Shown in pieces: positions 45,110 through 54,932 of a stretch of 64,000 nucleotides of DNA. Made by a program: the position numbers and the translations under genes. Position 1 is the first letter of the stretch; each line of letters starts with the position of its first letter. This DNA comes from Gallionella sp. (GTDB taxonomy: Bacteria; Pseudomonadota; Gammaproteobacteria; Burkholderiales; Gallionellaceae): contig JAQTUP010000002.1 of the NCBI GenBank assembly GCA_028707275.1, positions 59,198 to 123,197 on the forward strand, read 5' to 3'. The notes beneath the pieces are model-generated. The model was not told the DNA's origin, ran no database searches, and was given only the letters and a program-made list of their open reading frames with translations.

Positions 45110-46090
45110 CTATTTTTGGTATTGATTCACCGCCCGGTTATGTTCATCCAGATTACCGGAGAACTTTGAGCTGCCATCGCCGCGCGCGACGAAATACAGG
45201 GCATCCGTTACCGCCGGATGAAGCGCGGCATCGAGCGAGGCTCGCCCCGGCATGGCAATCGGCGTGGGCGGCAACCCGCTGCGGGTGTAGGTGTTATAAG
45301 ACGTGTCGGCGATCAAATCGCGCCGCCTGAGATTCCCGTCAAAACTCAATCCCAGCCCGTAAATCACAGTCGGATCTGTTTGCAGCAACATATGCGTGCG
45401 CAGGCGATTGAGAAACACGGCGGCAATCATGGGACGATCGCCCGGGGTGCCGGTTTCCTTCTCCACGATGGAGGCCAGAATCAGCGCCTGATAAGGCGTG
45501 GCAAGAGGCAGGTCCGGATTTCGCGCCTGCCATGCTTCATCGAGTCGTTTTTGCATCAGGCGGTAGGCAGACTTCAACAATGCCAGATCGCTGCTGCCTG
45601 CTGCGACAAAATAGGTTTCCGGAAAGAAAAGCCCTTCGGGGTGCATTTCTGATGCACCGATGCGCTGCATAATTTCGCTGTCAGACAAATTAAGCGTGTC
45701 ATGCCGGAGGTTGGGACTGGCGTCGAGCGTACTGCGCAACTGCCTGAAATTCCAACCCTCGATGATCTTGACCTGACTCTTGCTGGCGCTGCCCTGGACA
45801 ATCAACTCCAGCAGCTCCTTTTTAGAGACCGCATGATCAAGCAGATAGACACCCGCCTTTATTTGTCCGGCATGCCCCAACAGGCGGGCAAAAAGGACAA
45901 ACAACCTGGGGTGCTCCAGCAATCCTGCCTGTTCCAGTTTTCGTGCGACCGCAGTCAGGCTGCTGCCCTGATTCAGCGAAAATTCCAGAGGCAAGCTGGG
46001 GGGCGTCACCGGAGTATAAACATAGTAAAGCACACCGCCCGCAAGGAGCACCAATACCAGCAATAACGCCTTGAATTTACCCATTCTCAC
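45110..46090 (-). CDS. mltG: Endolytic murein transglycosylase MltG (YceG)
   Basis: An N-terminal TM helix and the YceG domain are present. It sits downstream of pabC, as in E. coli. Confidence 0.85.
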   Translation of the reverse strand: MRMGKFKALLLVLVLLAGGVLYYVYTPVTPPSLPLEFSLNQGSSLTAVARKLEQAGLLEHPRLFVLFARLLGHAGQIKAGVYLLDHAVSKKELLELIVQGSASKSQVKIIEGWNFRQLRSTLDASPNLRHDTLNLSDSEIMQRIGASEMHPEGLFFPETYFVAAGSSDLALLKSAYRLMQKRLDEAWQARNPDLPLATPYQALILASIVEKETGTPGDRPMIAAVFLNRLRTHMLLQTDPTVIYGLGLSFDGNLRRRDLIADTSYNTYTRSGLPPTPIAMPGRASLDAALHPAVTDALYFVARGDGSSKFSGNLDEHNRAVNQYQK

Positions 46091-46890
46091 TCCACGTCAA
46101 GCGCTGTGCGCAGCTTCGCCACACCGTCAAAACTGCCCCAGCATTTTTGCTCAAAACGGGCGACCGGCCACAAACCGAATACGCTGTTGGTCAAAAACAC
46201 TTCGTCGGCCGCAGACAATTCATCAAGCGCTACCTCCCGCACCTCGACCGGCATGCCAGTTTTCCCGGCAGCTGCCATCACGCGATCGCGCGCCACGCCC
46301 GCCACACCACAGCGCGACAAATCAGGCGTAATCAGGCGATTGTTGCTGATTAAAAATATGTTGCTGCGCGTGCCTTCGATCACCCTGCCGCGATCATCCA
46401 GCAGCAGGCCTTCGGCGGCATCAGAGCCTGCGAACTCTGCGGCCGCCAGCACGTTTTCCAGACGATTCAGATGTTTGATTCCGGCAAGCCTTGGCTGGTG
46501 CCCCAGGCTCAAGGCACAAAGGTGCAGCGCAACGCCGTACACCGCCCAATGTTCAGGATATACCGGCACAGGCGCAACATCCCAAAGATGGGTAGGCGCG
46601 ACACATGAATCGGGCGCGTAGCCTCTGGCACCCGAACCGCGCGTGACTATCAGCTTGAAAACAGCATCGGGATGATGCTGCAACAAACCGTCCAACTCGG
46701 CTGACAGGCAGGAGAAATCCGGGCATGCAATACCCAGAGCGGCGCAATCGCGCAGAAGTTTTTGGTAATGCAACGGCCAGTGCAGCGGCGCCCCATTTGC
46801 GACGCGCAGGGTGCGAAACACCCCGTCGCCATAGAGCAGGCCGCGATCACGGATGCTGATCAGATTGCCTGGTGAACCGTTGACCAGCAT
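46087..46890 (-). CDS. pabC: Aminodeoxychorismate lyase (class IV aminotransferase fold)
   Basis: A 267-aa fold-type IV PLP enzyme in the conserved fabF-pabC-mltG context. Confidence 0.75.
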   Translation of the reverse strand: MLVNGSPGNLISIRDRGLLYGDGVFRTLRVANGAPLHWPLHYQKLLRDCAALGIACPDFSCLSAELDGLLQHHPDAVFKLIVTRGSGARGYAPDSCVAPTHLWDVAPVPVYPEHWAVYGVALHLCALSLGHQPRLAGIKHLNRLENVLAAAEFAGSDAAEGLLLDDRGRVIEGTRSNIFLISNNRLITPDLSRCGVAGVARDRVMAAAGKTGMPVEVREVALDELSAADEVFLTNSVFGLWPVARFEQKCWGSFDGVAKLRTALDVE

Positions 46891-46907
46891 GGCAATTTAA
46901 CGGTTCA

Positions 46908-48152
46908 TCAGACCTTGCTGAACACCAGCGTACCGTTAGTTCCGCCAAAACCGAAGTTATTGTTCATCGACACGTCGATCTTCATGTCGCGGGCTTCATT
47001 GGCACAGTAGTCCAGATCGCACGCCGGATCCTGCTCGAAGATATTGATGGTAGGCGGAGAAATTTGATGGTGGATGGCCAGTACCGAGAAAATCGACTCG
47101 ATACCCCCGGCGCCTCCCAGCAAATGTCCCGTCATTGACTTGGTCGAGTTAACGACCAGACGGCTTGCGTGAGCGCCAAAGGCCAGCTTGATCGCCTCTG
47201 TTTCGTTCTTGTCGCCCAGCGGGGTGGACGTGCCATGCGCGTTAACGTACTGCACCTCGTCAGGATTCAGCCCTGCATTCTTCAGCGCGTTCAGCATGCT
47301 GCGCTTCGGGCCGTCGCTGTTGGGAGACGTGATGTGATACGCATCGCCGCTCATGCCATAGCCTGTGACTTCGGCATAAATTCTGGCGCCGCGCGCCTTG
47401 GCGTGCTCATACTCCTCCAGCACCAGCGCGCCTGCTCCCTCACCGATCACGAAGCCATCCCTGTCCTTATCCCACGGACGGCAGGCTGTCGCCGGATCGT
47501 CGTTGCGCGTACTAAGCGCGCGCGCAGAAGAGAAGCCGCCCACAGCCAAAGGACCGATAGTCGCTTCCGAACCGCCCGCGATCATCACGTCCGCATCGCC
47601 GTATTCGATCATGCGAGCCGACTCGCCGATACAATGCGTGCCGGTCGTACAGGCAGACACCATCGCCAGATTCGGCCCCTTCAATCCGTACATCACAGAC
47701 AAATTGCCGGAAATCATATTGATGATCGTCCCGGGAATGAAGAAGGGGGAAATTTTGCGCGGACCCGACGCCAGATAATCGTTATGTGTATCTTCGATCA
47801 TGGGCAAGCCGCCTATCCCCGAACCGATGTTCACCCCTATGCGCTCCGCGTTCTGTTCTGTCACTTCCAGACCAGAATCCGCAAACGCCTCCATACCGGC
47901 TACCAGCCCGAAATGGATAAAACGCCCCATACGACGGGCATCCTTGGCCGGCAGGTATTGTGTCACGTCAAAATCACGCACTTCACCCGCAATCTGGCTG
48001 GCAAACTGACTCGCATCGAAATGCGAAATTTTAACGATCCCCGACTTGCCAGCGACAATGTTCTGCCAGGCAAGCGGAATACCGATACCGACAGGGGAGA
48101 CTATCCCCAGGCCGGTCACAACAACTCTACGTTTAGACAAATTATCCGCCAA
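46908..48152 (-). CDS. fabF: 3-oxoacyl-ACP synthase II
   Basis: The KAS II active-site Cys (SACTTGTH) and the His-His motifs are present. It lies downstream of acpP. Confidence 0.95.
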   Translation of the reverse strand: MADNLSKRRVVVTGLGIVSPVGIGIPLAWQNIVAGKSGIVKISHFDASQFASQIAGEVRDFDVTQYLPAKDARRMGRFIHFGLVAGMEAFADSGLEVTEQNAERIGVNIGSGIGGLPMIEDTHNDYLASGPRKISPFFIPGTIINMISGNLSVMYGLKGPNLAMVSACTTGTHCIGESARMIEYGDADVMIAGGSEATIGPLAVGGFSSARALSTRNDDPATACRPWDKDRDGFVIGEGAGALVLEEYEHAKARGARIYAEVTGYGMSGDAYHITSPNSDGPKRSMLNALKNAGLNPDEVQYVNAHGTSTPLGDKNETEAIKLAFGAHASRLVVNSTKSMTGHLLGGAGGIESIFSVLAIHHQISPPTINIFEQDPACDLDYCANEARDMKIDVSMNNNFGFGGTNGTLVFSKV

Positions 48153-48169
48153 CTCAAAAAATGAAACGG

Positions 48170-48415
48170 TTACTTTTGATGTGCCAATACGTAATCAATC
48201 GCTTGCTGCACAGTGGTAATTGTTTCTGCATCTTCGTCAGGGATTTCGCATTCGAACTCTTCTTCCAGCGCCATGACCAGTTCAACGGTGTCGAGGGAAT
48301 CAGCACCCAGATCATTCACAAAAGAAGAATCGTTCTTAACTTCAGATTCGTTCACGCCAAGTTGCTCGGATACGATCTTTTTTACGCGTTGTTCAATAGA
48401 CATTTGAGACTCCAC
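48170..48415 (-). CDS. acpP: Acyl carrier protein
   Basis: The [20 protein letters not shown] phosphopantetheine attachment motif is present. Confidence 0.95.
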   Translation of the reverse strand: MESQMSIEQRVKKIVSEQLGVNESEVKNDSSFVNDLGADSLDTVELVMALEEEFECEIPDEDAETITTVQQAIDYVLAHQK

Positions 48416-48514
48416 CCTGTTGTAAGTTTATAAAGCGGATGGAATTGTATCAAAGTTGCTGCAAATTCCCAACAACATCCGCAAATTGAAAAATAAATCT
48501 GTCAAATCAGCTCA

Positions 48515-51073
48515 TTATTCACCACGTAAAATGCGCATGGGCGAGATTTCAGCCAGCCTTCGGGTATTTAACCATCCTGCGAGCATCACCAGCGCCAGGC
48601 CGCCTGCGACGCCGAGCAGCCAGACCAGGCCGTTTGACCGGTAGGGAATTTCAAGAACATGACGCGCCAGCACCCAACCCAGCAAGGAGGCGCTCGCTGC
48701 CGAAAACAGTCCGCTAATCGCTCCCAGCACCGCAAATTCCGCCAGATACAAGCGGCGCAGATAAGCGCCCTCTGCACCCAGGGTGCGCAAAATCGCCGCC
48801 TCCTGCATGCGCTCGTCCCTGGTCGCCAGCAGCGCCGCATACAGCACTACCACACCGCACAACAAGGTATACAGAAACACCGCGCTGACTGCCTGAGTAA
48901 TTTGTCCGATAATGGCGCGAACCTGCGCAATCACAGCCCCGGTATCGATGAGCAGCAAATTGGGAAAATTCAGCGCCAGCTCATCGCCCGAGCGCAGCTT
49001 GTCGGGCGGCAGGTAAAAACTGGCGAGGTAGCTTGCCGGAAAATCCTGCAACAGGTGCGGTGTGCCTATCACAAAAAAATTCACCCGCATCGAATCCCAA
49101 TGCACTTTTCGCAAGCTGGTGATACGCGCCGAAAAGCGACTGCCTGCCACGTCATAGCTAAGTGTATCGCCCAGATGAATCCCCAGCGTCCTGGCAATAC
49201 CTTCTTCGACAGAGAGCTGGCCGCTGTTTGCTGAATCCTGATTCCTGAATCCTGAATCCTGTTTTCCGCCCCACCATTTACCCTGCACCAGCTCGTTCCA
49301 CACCGGCATCTTGTCCGCATAGGACAGGTTGAATTCGCGCTCGACCAGCGCCCGCGCACGAGGCTCAGGATAATGTTCGCCGCTGACAGGGCGGCCATTG
49401 ATTGCCACCAGCCGCCCTTTTATCATCGGCAACAGTTCGGGCGCCGGGACAGACTGGTGCTTGAAAAAATCCAGCACCGCTACCCGTTGATCGGGCTGGA
49501 TATTCACCACGAAGCGGTTCGGCGCATCGGCCGGCAACTTTCCCTGCCAGCTGTCGAGCAGGTCGCCGCGCACCAGCGTCAACACCAGCAAGGCCATGCC
49601 GCCCAGACTGAGCGCTACCACCTGGACGGCCACACTGCGCCCGTGCCGCACCATGTTATTGAGCGCATGTCGCCAATGCGAAGTAAAAAAAGACGCGTGA
49701 CGCGCCAGCAGCTTCAGCAGCAGCCAGGCCAGCGCGCCGAACACCGGCAACCCCACAAGCAATCCTGCCAGCACAAACAATCCCAGCTTCAGGGAACCTG
49801 CCTGCCACAAAAACAGACCCGAAATCACCAACCCTGCCAGGCCGTAGATCAGCCACACGGATGCCTCGGGCGCACCCAATTCGCGGCGCAACACCCTGAG
49901 CGGCGACACCCGGCGCAATTGCAGCAGGGGCAGGTAGGCGAAACCTGCCAGCAGCGCAAAACCGCTGACGGCCGCCTTTACCATCGGCCAGATTGAAGGT
50001 TGCGGCAGCGTCGAGTCGGGCATGATAAGGGAGACCAACATCGCCTGCGTGACATAACCTGACAACAGCCCCGCCAGGACGGACAGACCTCCTGCGAGCA
50101 AAAACTGGTACAAAAACAGGCGCAATACTTGTCCTTGCTGCGCCCCCAGACAACGCATCACCGCACATCCGTCCAGATGGCGCGCGACATAACGCCTGGC
50201 CGCGAGCAAAATAGCCACTCCGGCAAGAATGGCCGTGGTCAGCGCGGCAAGACCTAAAAAGTGCTCGGCGCGTTCCAGAGCCGTGCGTATCTCGGGTCGC
50301 GCGTCCGTCACATCCTCCAGTTTTTCATTGCCGGTCATCACAGGCTCCAGCGCGGCGCGCAAAGCCACGACCGCCCCGGCATCTCCTGCGAACATCAGGC
50401 GATACGACATCCGGCTGCCTTCCTGAAGCAGCCCTGTGGCGGCAAGGTCGAGCTCATTCATCAACACGCGCGGCGCGAAGCTGGCAAAACCCACCGACTG
50501 ATCTATGTCGCGGACGATACGCGCGGCCACACGCAAGCGTCGCGCACCGACCCCCAGCTCATCACCAGGATGCAACCCCAGCCTGCGCATCAAACGATCA
50601 TCCACCCACACCGTGCCGGGCAGAGGACTCAACGATTGATCTTCATGATCGCCTCCTCGCCCCTTTAAGGGAGAGGGTAAAAGCCTTTTGCTCTCCGCCC
50701 CCCCCAGCCCATCGTCAGCCACTATCTTGCCGCGCAGCGGATACCCCGCCTCCACGGCCAGAATGTCGGCCAGCAGCACCTGTTCGCGGTGCGACACCAT
50801 GCTGGGAAACTCCCGGCTCTGCACCACGCGCACGCCCTTTGCGCGCGCTGTCTCACGATAGCTCGGCGAAAACGGGCGCGTGGACGTGATGCGCAGATCC
50901 GCACCCAGCAGGCTCGTGGCCTGTTGCACCAGCCCCTCGCGCACCCGGTCGGCGAACAGTCCCACCGTTGAAAGACTGCCGACGGCCAGCACCAGCGCCA
51001 GCAACAACACGCGCCATTCGCCTGACTGCCAGTCGCGACGCATTAAATTGAGAGACAGACGGAGCAGTTTCAT
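48515..51073 (-). CDS. FtsX-like ABC transporter permease (YbbP-like, two FtsX domains)
   Basis: An 852-aa protein with ten TM helices and duplicated FtsX architecture. It carries an in-frame GC-rich palindromic insertion around 50650-50700 (SPLKGRGGDHEDQSLSPLPG). Confidence 0.8.
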   Translation of the reverse strand: MKLLRLSLNLMRRDWQSGEWRVLLLALVLAVGSLSTVGLFADRVREGLVQQATSLLGADLRITSTRPFSPSYRETARAKGVRVVQSREFPSMVSHREQVLLADILAVEAGYPLRGKIVADDGLGGAESKRLLPSPLKGRGGDHEDQSLSPLPGTVWVDDRLMRRLGLHPGDELGVGARRLRVAARIVRDIDQSVGFASFAPRVLMNELDLAATGLLQEGSRMSYRLMFAGDAGAVVALRAALEPVMTGNEKLEDVTDARPEIRTALERAEHFLGLAALTTAILAGVAILLAARRYVARHLDGCAVMRCLGAQQGQVLRLFLYQFLLAGGLSVLAGLLSGYVTQAMLVSLIMPDSTLPQPSIWPMVKAAVSGFALLAGFAYLPLLQLRRVSPLRVLRRELGAPEASVWLIYGLAGLVISGLFLWQAGSLKLGLFVLAGLLVGLPVFGALAWLLLKLLARHASFFTSHWRHALNNMVRHGRSVAVQVVALSLGGMALLVLTLVRGDLLDSWQGKLPADAPNRFVVNIQPDQRVAVLDFFKHQSVPAPELLPMIKGRLVAINGRPVSGEHYPEPRARALVEREFNLSYADKMPVWNELVQGKWWGGKQDSGFRNQDSANSGQLSVEEGIARTLGIHLGDTLSYDVAGSRFSARITSLRKVHWDSMRVNFFVIGTPHLLQDFPASYLASFYLPPDKLRSGDELALNFPNLLLIDTGAVIAQVRAIIGQITQAVSAVFLYTLLCGVVVLYAALLATRDERMQEAAILRTLGAEGAYLRRLYLAEFAVLGAISGLFSAASASLLGWVLARHVLEIPYRSNGLVWLLGVAGGLALVMLAGWLNTRRLAEISPMRILRGE

Positions 51074-51453
51074 ACCCCCTCCCCTCGCCCGTTTACGGGA
51101 GAGGGGACTAAGGAGAGGGTATTTTGGATAAGCGCAAGCCGTATCTGCTCCAGCACTCTCTCCATTTCACCCAGCACCTCGTTATCCCAGAAACGCAGGA
51201 CGGTGTAACCTTCGCCTCTCAACCACGAATCGCGTTGTTGATCATAATCGACACTCTCAGCATGTTGTCCGCCATCCAATTCAATGATTAATTTTTCTTC
51301 CGAGCAGATAAAGTCCACAATAAATCGACCTGCGGGCTTTTGCCGTTTGAATTTTATTCCCATAAATCGATGAGCACGAAGGTGATACCAAAGTCTTCGC
51401 TCCGCATCAGTTTGATTGCGACGTAATATTTTTGCATTGTCCAGCAAGCTCAT
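51070..51453 (-). CDS. DUF559 (Vsr-like endonuclease-fold) domain protein
   Basis: A 128-aa core (LRRNQTDAERRLWYHLR...FKRQKPAGRFIVDFICSEEKLIIELDGGQHAE). The gene is bracketed by palindromic hairpins and wedged between ybbA and ybbP. Confidence 0.7.
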   Translation of the reverse strand: MSLLDNAKILRRNQTDAERRLWYHLRAHRFMGIKFKRQKPAGRFIVDFICSEEKLIIELDGGQHAESVDYDQQRDSWLRGEGYTVLRFWDNEVLGEMERVLEQIRLALIQNTLSLVPSPVNGRGEGV

Positions 51454-51499
51454 ACCCCCTCTCCCCCCACCCTCTCCCGTAAACGGGCGAGGGTGCAAC

Positions 51500-52204
51500 T
51501 CACACCACGCGCCCTGCAAAAAGGCGCAGCTGTCTGGCGCAGCGCCCGGCCAATGACTCGTCATGCGTCACCAGAATCAGGGTAGTGCCCTGCGAGCGAT
51601 TTAACTCGAACATCAAATCGACGATCTGCGCGCCGGTGGCCGCGTCCAGATTGCCGGTCGGCTCGTCGGCAAACAGAATTTTGGGGCGGACGACGAAGGC
51701 GCGCGCCAGGGCCACCCGCTGCTGCTCGCCTCCTGAGAGATGTTTGGGCAGATGGTGGGCGCGGCTCGACAGCCCGACCTGGCTTAGCGACTCGGTGGCG
51801 CGCGCCCGCGCATCCGCTACACCCTGCAATTCCAGCGGCAACATGACGTTTTCCAGCGCGCTGAGCGCCGGCAGAAGCTGAAACGACTGAAACACGAAGC
51901 CCGAGAGCGCCCCCCGCAGGCGGGCACGCCCGTCTTCATTCAGGACAAACAGATCCTCCCCCCGGAGCCGGACCGTGCCACTGCTGGGTTCATCGAGCCC
52001 CGCCAGCAAGCCGAGCAGGGTGGATTTTCCCGAACCCGACGCGCCCAAAATGGCGAGACTCTCGCCCGCCAACACCGTAAAACTGACTTCGTGCAAAATA
52101 GTCAGGGGCAGCTCACCACTTAACACTTGCTTACTTAGGCTCACCGCCTGCACAATTGCTGTCATGAAAAATATTGTTCTCTCGAAAAGTTCAGGTTTGG
52201 TCAT
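51500..52204 (-). CDS. ABC transporter ATP-binding protein (YbbA/LolD-like)
   Basis: Walker A (GASGSGKSTLL), LSGGEQQRVALARA and Walker B are present. Confidence 0.85.
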   Translation of the reverse strand: MTKPELFERTIFFMTAIVQAVSLSKQVLSGELPLTILHEVSFTVLAGESLAILGASGSGKSTLLGLLAGLDEPSSGTVRLRGEDLFVLNEDGRARLRGALSGFVFQSFQLLPALSALENVMLPLELQGVADARARATESLSQVGLSSRAHHLPKHLSGGEQQRVALARAFVVRPKILFADEPTGNLDAATGAQIVDLMFELNRSQGTTLILVTHDESLAGRCARQLRLFAGRVV

Positions 52205-52211
52205 TCACGGA

Positions 52212-52832
52212 ATGACCGCATTCATTTTCATCCTGCTGTGGGTCACGGGCACAGCACAGGCGGCACCAGCCGCTAAAACGGTGCAAACCGCAAAAAACAT
52301 TCTGATATTCGGGGACAGCCTGTCAGCAGGATATGGCATAGACTCCACGCAAAGCTGGCCTGGCCTGTTACAGCAGGAACTCGACAAAAACCGTATCGGA
52401 TTTAAAGTGCTCAATGCCAGCATCAGCGGCGAGACCTCCCTGGGAGGCAGGCTGCGCATTACAAAATTACTGGAGCAATACCAGCCTAGCATCGTTGTCG
52501 TGGAACTCGGCGCCAACGATGGCCTGCGCGGATTCAGCACGGCAGACATCGAAGACAATCTGAATGAGATTCTGGTACAAATCAACCAGCTGGGCGCTAA
52601 AAGGTTGTTGATCGGCATGAAACTTCCGCCCAATTACGGTGAACCCTACATCACTCAGTTTCAAAGCGTCTTTCCCCGCCTCGCGGCTAAGCACAGGATC
52701 AGCCTGCTGCCCTACCTTTTGGAAGGCGTGACAGCCGACCAATTTCAGGCCGACAACCTGCACCCCACCGCCGCCTCACAACCGCAAATCATGCGCAACG
52801 TGCTGCAAGCCTTAAAACCGCTGCTGCGATGA
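52212..52832 (+). CDS. tesA: GDSL-family thioesterase/arylesterase (TesA-like), secreted
   Basis: A signal peptide is followed by GDSLSAGYG and the C-terminal DxxH catalytic pair (DNLHPT). It is divergent from ybbA, as in E. coli. The exact start is uncertain, and 52164 is also possible. Confidence 0.8.
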   Translation: MTAFIFILLWVTGTAQAAPAAKTVQTAKNILIFGDSLSAGYGIDSTQSWPGLLQQELDKNRIGFKVLNASISGETSLGGRLRITKLLEQYQPSIVVVELGANDGLRGFSTADIEDNLNEILVQINQLGAKRLLIGMKLPPNYGEPYITQFQSVFPRLAAKHRISLLPYLLEGVTADQFQADNLHPTAASQPQIMRNVLQALKPLLR

Positions 52833-52845
52833 CCTGAAACAGGAT

Positions 52846-53202
52846 CTGATGTGACGCAGTCACAATCAGTCCTGTGTTCAAATCAACTTCGCCGGGGGCA
52901 GCCCGGCTGCTGGTTACTTTTTCTTGTATCGCCAAGAAAAAGTAACCCAAAAGAAGGCGACCCCGGTTTGCCGCGCCGCCAAGCTGCCAGGCGGCGTTCC
53001 CTTGATACTCAGCAAACAACGGGGCTGCGGAACTCGCACGATCCGCACAGCGCCCACGTGCTCAAACAGTCCTCGCCCAAAAGCGCCGTTGTCTGCTGAC
53101 TATCTTCGGCAGCGCACAGGGGTTGTAGGTGGAGCGCCAGGGTTACTTCTCAAAATAACTCATCAACCCTGATTTTTAGAGCTTGTGCGTAATATCAATC
53201 AG
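52846..53202. repeat. Full-length copy of the MITE-like repeat family
   Basis: It begins with the palindrome ctgatgtgacgcagtcaca and is colinear with 40900-41278 at roughly 85% identity. Confidence 0.7.
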
Positions 53203-53234
53203 GACTCAGGAAACTGAAAACTGAAAACCGGCAC

Positions 53235-54176
53235 TTATCGCAGCGTGATTTTGCTCTGGGTTGAAAAACCGGTCGCACTCATGACACCCGCGCCGAAGCG
53301 TTTTGCCAGCCGGTCAGCAAAACCTTCCTTCACGGTGAAGTCCACCACTTCTTCGGCCTTGATCACATCGCGCGCCACCGATTCCACACTGCCATAGCCG
53401 TCTGCCAGCCCCATCATTACACCCGCCTGACCATTCCAGACCAGACCGCTGAAGGTATCCGGCGTTTCCTTAAGACGCTTGCCGCGCCCGGTTCTCACCA
53501 CATCGATGAACTGCTGGTGTATCTGGGCCAGCATTTGTTTGGCATATTCCTGCTGGTCGGGACGCATCGTCGAGAAGGGATCCATGAACCCCTTGTTGGC
53601 ACCCGCAGTCACCAGGCGGCGTTCCACGCCCAGTTTTTCCATCGTTCCGGTAAAGCCGAAGCCATCCATCAACACGCCGATGGAACCGATCAGACTGGCC
53701 TTGTCCACAAAAATCTTGTCGGCGGCGACCGCCACATAATAACCGCCGGACGCGCAGACATCGTCAACCACCACATACAGGGGAATCGCCGGATACTTGA
53801 CGCGCAAACGACGAATCTCGTCGTTGATTTGCCCGGCCTGCACAGGACTGCCGCCCGGACTGTTGATACGCAGGATCACCCCTTGCGTTCCCTTATCCTT
53901 GAAGGCTTCTTGCAAACTCGGAATCAGATTGTCGGCGCTGGCCGCACTATCGGATGAAATCACGCCCTGCATATCCACCAGGGCTGTGTGTCGGCCGGTG
54001 CTCAAAGGAGTTTCGCTCTTGCCTGTCCACCCCATGACGACAAACAGGATGATAAAAAGGTAGCCGAAGGTCAGCACCTTGAAGAAAATACCCCAGTGCC
54101 GCGCACGACGCTGCTCCTGAATCGCCGACATCGCCAACTTCTCCAGCACATCGCGTTCCCAATTTTGCTCTGCCAT
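53235..54176 (-). CDS. sppA: Signal peptide peptidase SppA (S49, 36K type)
   Basis: An N-terminal TM helix and the S49 catalytic Ser/Lys region are present (INSPGGSPVQAG...GSIG). Confidence 0.85.
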   Translation of the reverse strand: MAEQNWERDVLEKLAMSAIQEQRRARHWGIFFKVLTFGYLFIILFVVMGWTGKSETPLSTGRHTALVDMQGVISSDSAASADNLIPSLQEAFKDKGTQGVILRINSPGGSPVQAGQINDEIRRLRVKYPAIPLYVVVDDVCASGGYYVAVAADKIFVDKASLIGSIGVLMDGFGFTGTMEKLGVERRLVTAGANKGFMDPFSTMRPDQQEYAKQMLAQIHQQFIDVVRTGRGKRLKETPDTFSGLVWNGQAGVMMGLADGYGSVESVARDVIKAEEVVDFTVKEGFADRLAKRFGAGVMSATGFSTQSKITLR

Positions 54177-54202
54177 TTTACTTCCTTAAAAAATCAGTGA
54201 AT

Positions 54203-54868
54203 TTAAGCGCAGGCTTTAAACCAGGCTCGTAATTGTGCAAAATCATTCATTAACGCCAGCGGTTCCAGTTCCAGCAACTGTTCCGCAGGATGCGCGCCGA
54301 AAGCGACCGCGACCACATCGACACCTGCATTTTGCGCCAACAACACATCGTGCGTGGTGTCCCCCACCATCAGGGTGCGCTCAGCACTGACAGCCAATTC
54401 CTCCATCAGTTCAATCAACATGGCAGGATTCGGCTTGGAAAAAGTCTGCTCGGCCGTGCGCGTGGCGTGAAAATAGGACTTCATCCCGGATGATTCAAGC
54501 GCCCTTTGCAAGCCGGCCGTGTTCTTGCCTGTGGCCACGCCCAGCGCATAACCTGCCTCGTGCAGCTCAATAATCGTCTCGCGCGCGCCCTCGAACAGGG
54601 GAATCATCTGATCCTGCGACAAAAAATGGTGGCGATAACGCGCAACCAAAGGTTCATACATCGCCTCCGGCGCGTCCGGCACGGCATGGCGCAGCGCCTG
54701 CATCAACCCCAGACCGATCACATGGCGCGCAGTTTCATCGGAAGGGATGGTCAGGCCAAGATCGCGGCAGGCCGACTGAATCGAACCTGCGATAATCGCC
54801 GTAGAATCCATCACCGTACCGTCCCAGTCGAACACAATTAAATCGTAGCGTTTACTCATTACTGTCAA
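54203..54868 (-). CDS. HAD-IA family hydrolase (phosphoglycolate phosphatase-like)
   Basis: DLIVFDWDGTV motif I, with motifs II and III also present. Confidence 0.8.
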   Translation of the reverse strand: MTVMSKRYDLIVFDWDGTVMDSTAIIAGSIQSACRDLGLTIPSDETARHVIGLGLMQALRHAVPDAPEAMYEPLVARYRHHFLSQDQMIPLFEGARETIIELHEAGYALGVATGKNTAGLQRALESSGMKSYFHATRTAEQTFSKPNPAMLIELMEELAVSAERTLMVGDTTHDVLLAQNAGVDVVAVAFGAHPAEQLLELEPLALMNDFAQLRAWFKACA

Positions 54869-54932
54869 CTATGCAAAGCGAGGATAATACCACCTTCGAA
54901 CATCCCTCCCAAACCTGTGCCACAATACGCGC

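Noticed and set aside
49236-49262. Short tandem heptamer (tgaatcc x3) in ybbP
   Set aside because: It is in-frame coding sequence (QDSGFRNQDSANS), too short to matter and probably a slippage relic.
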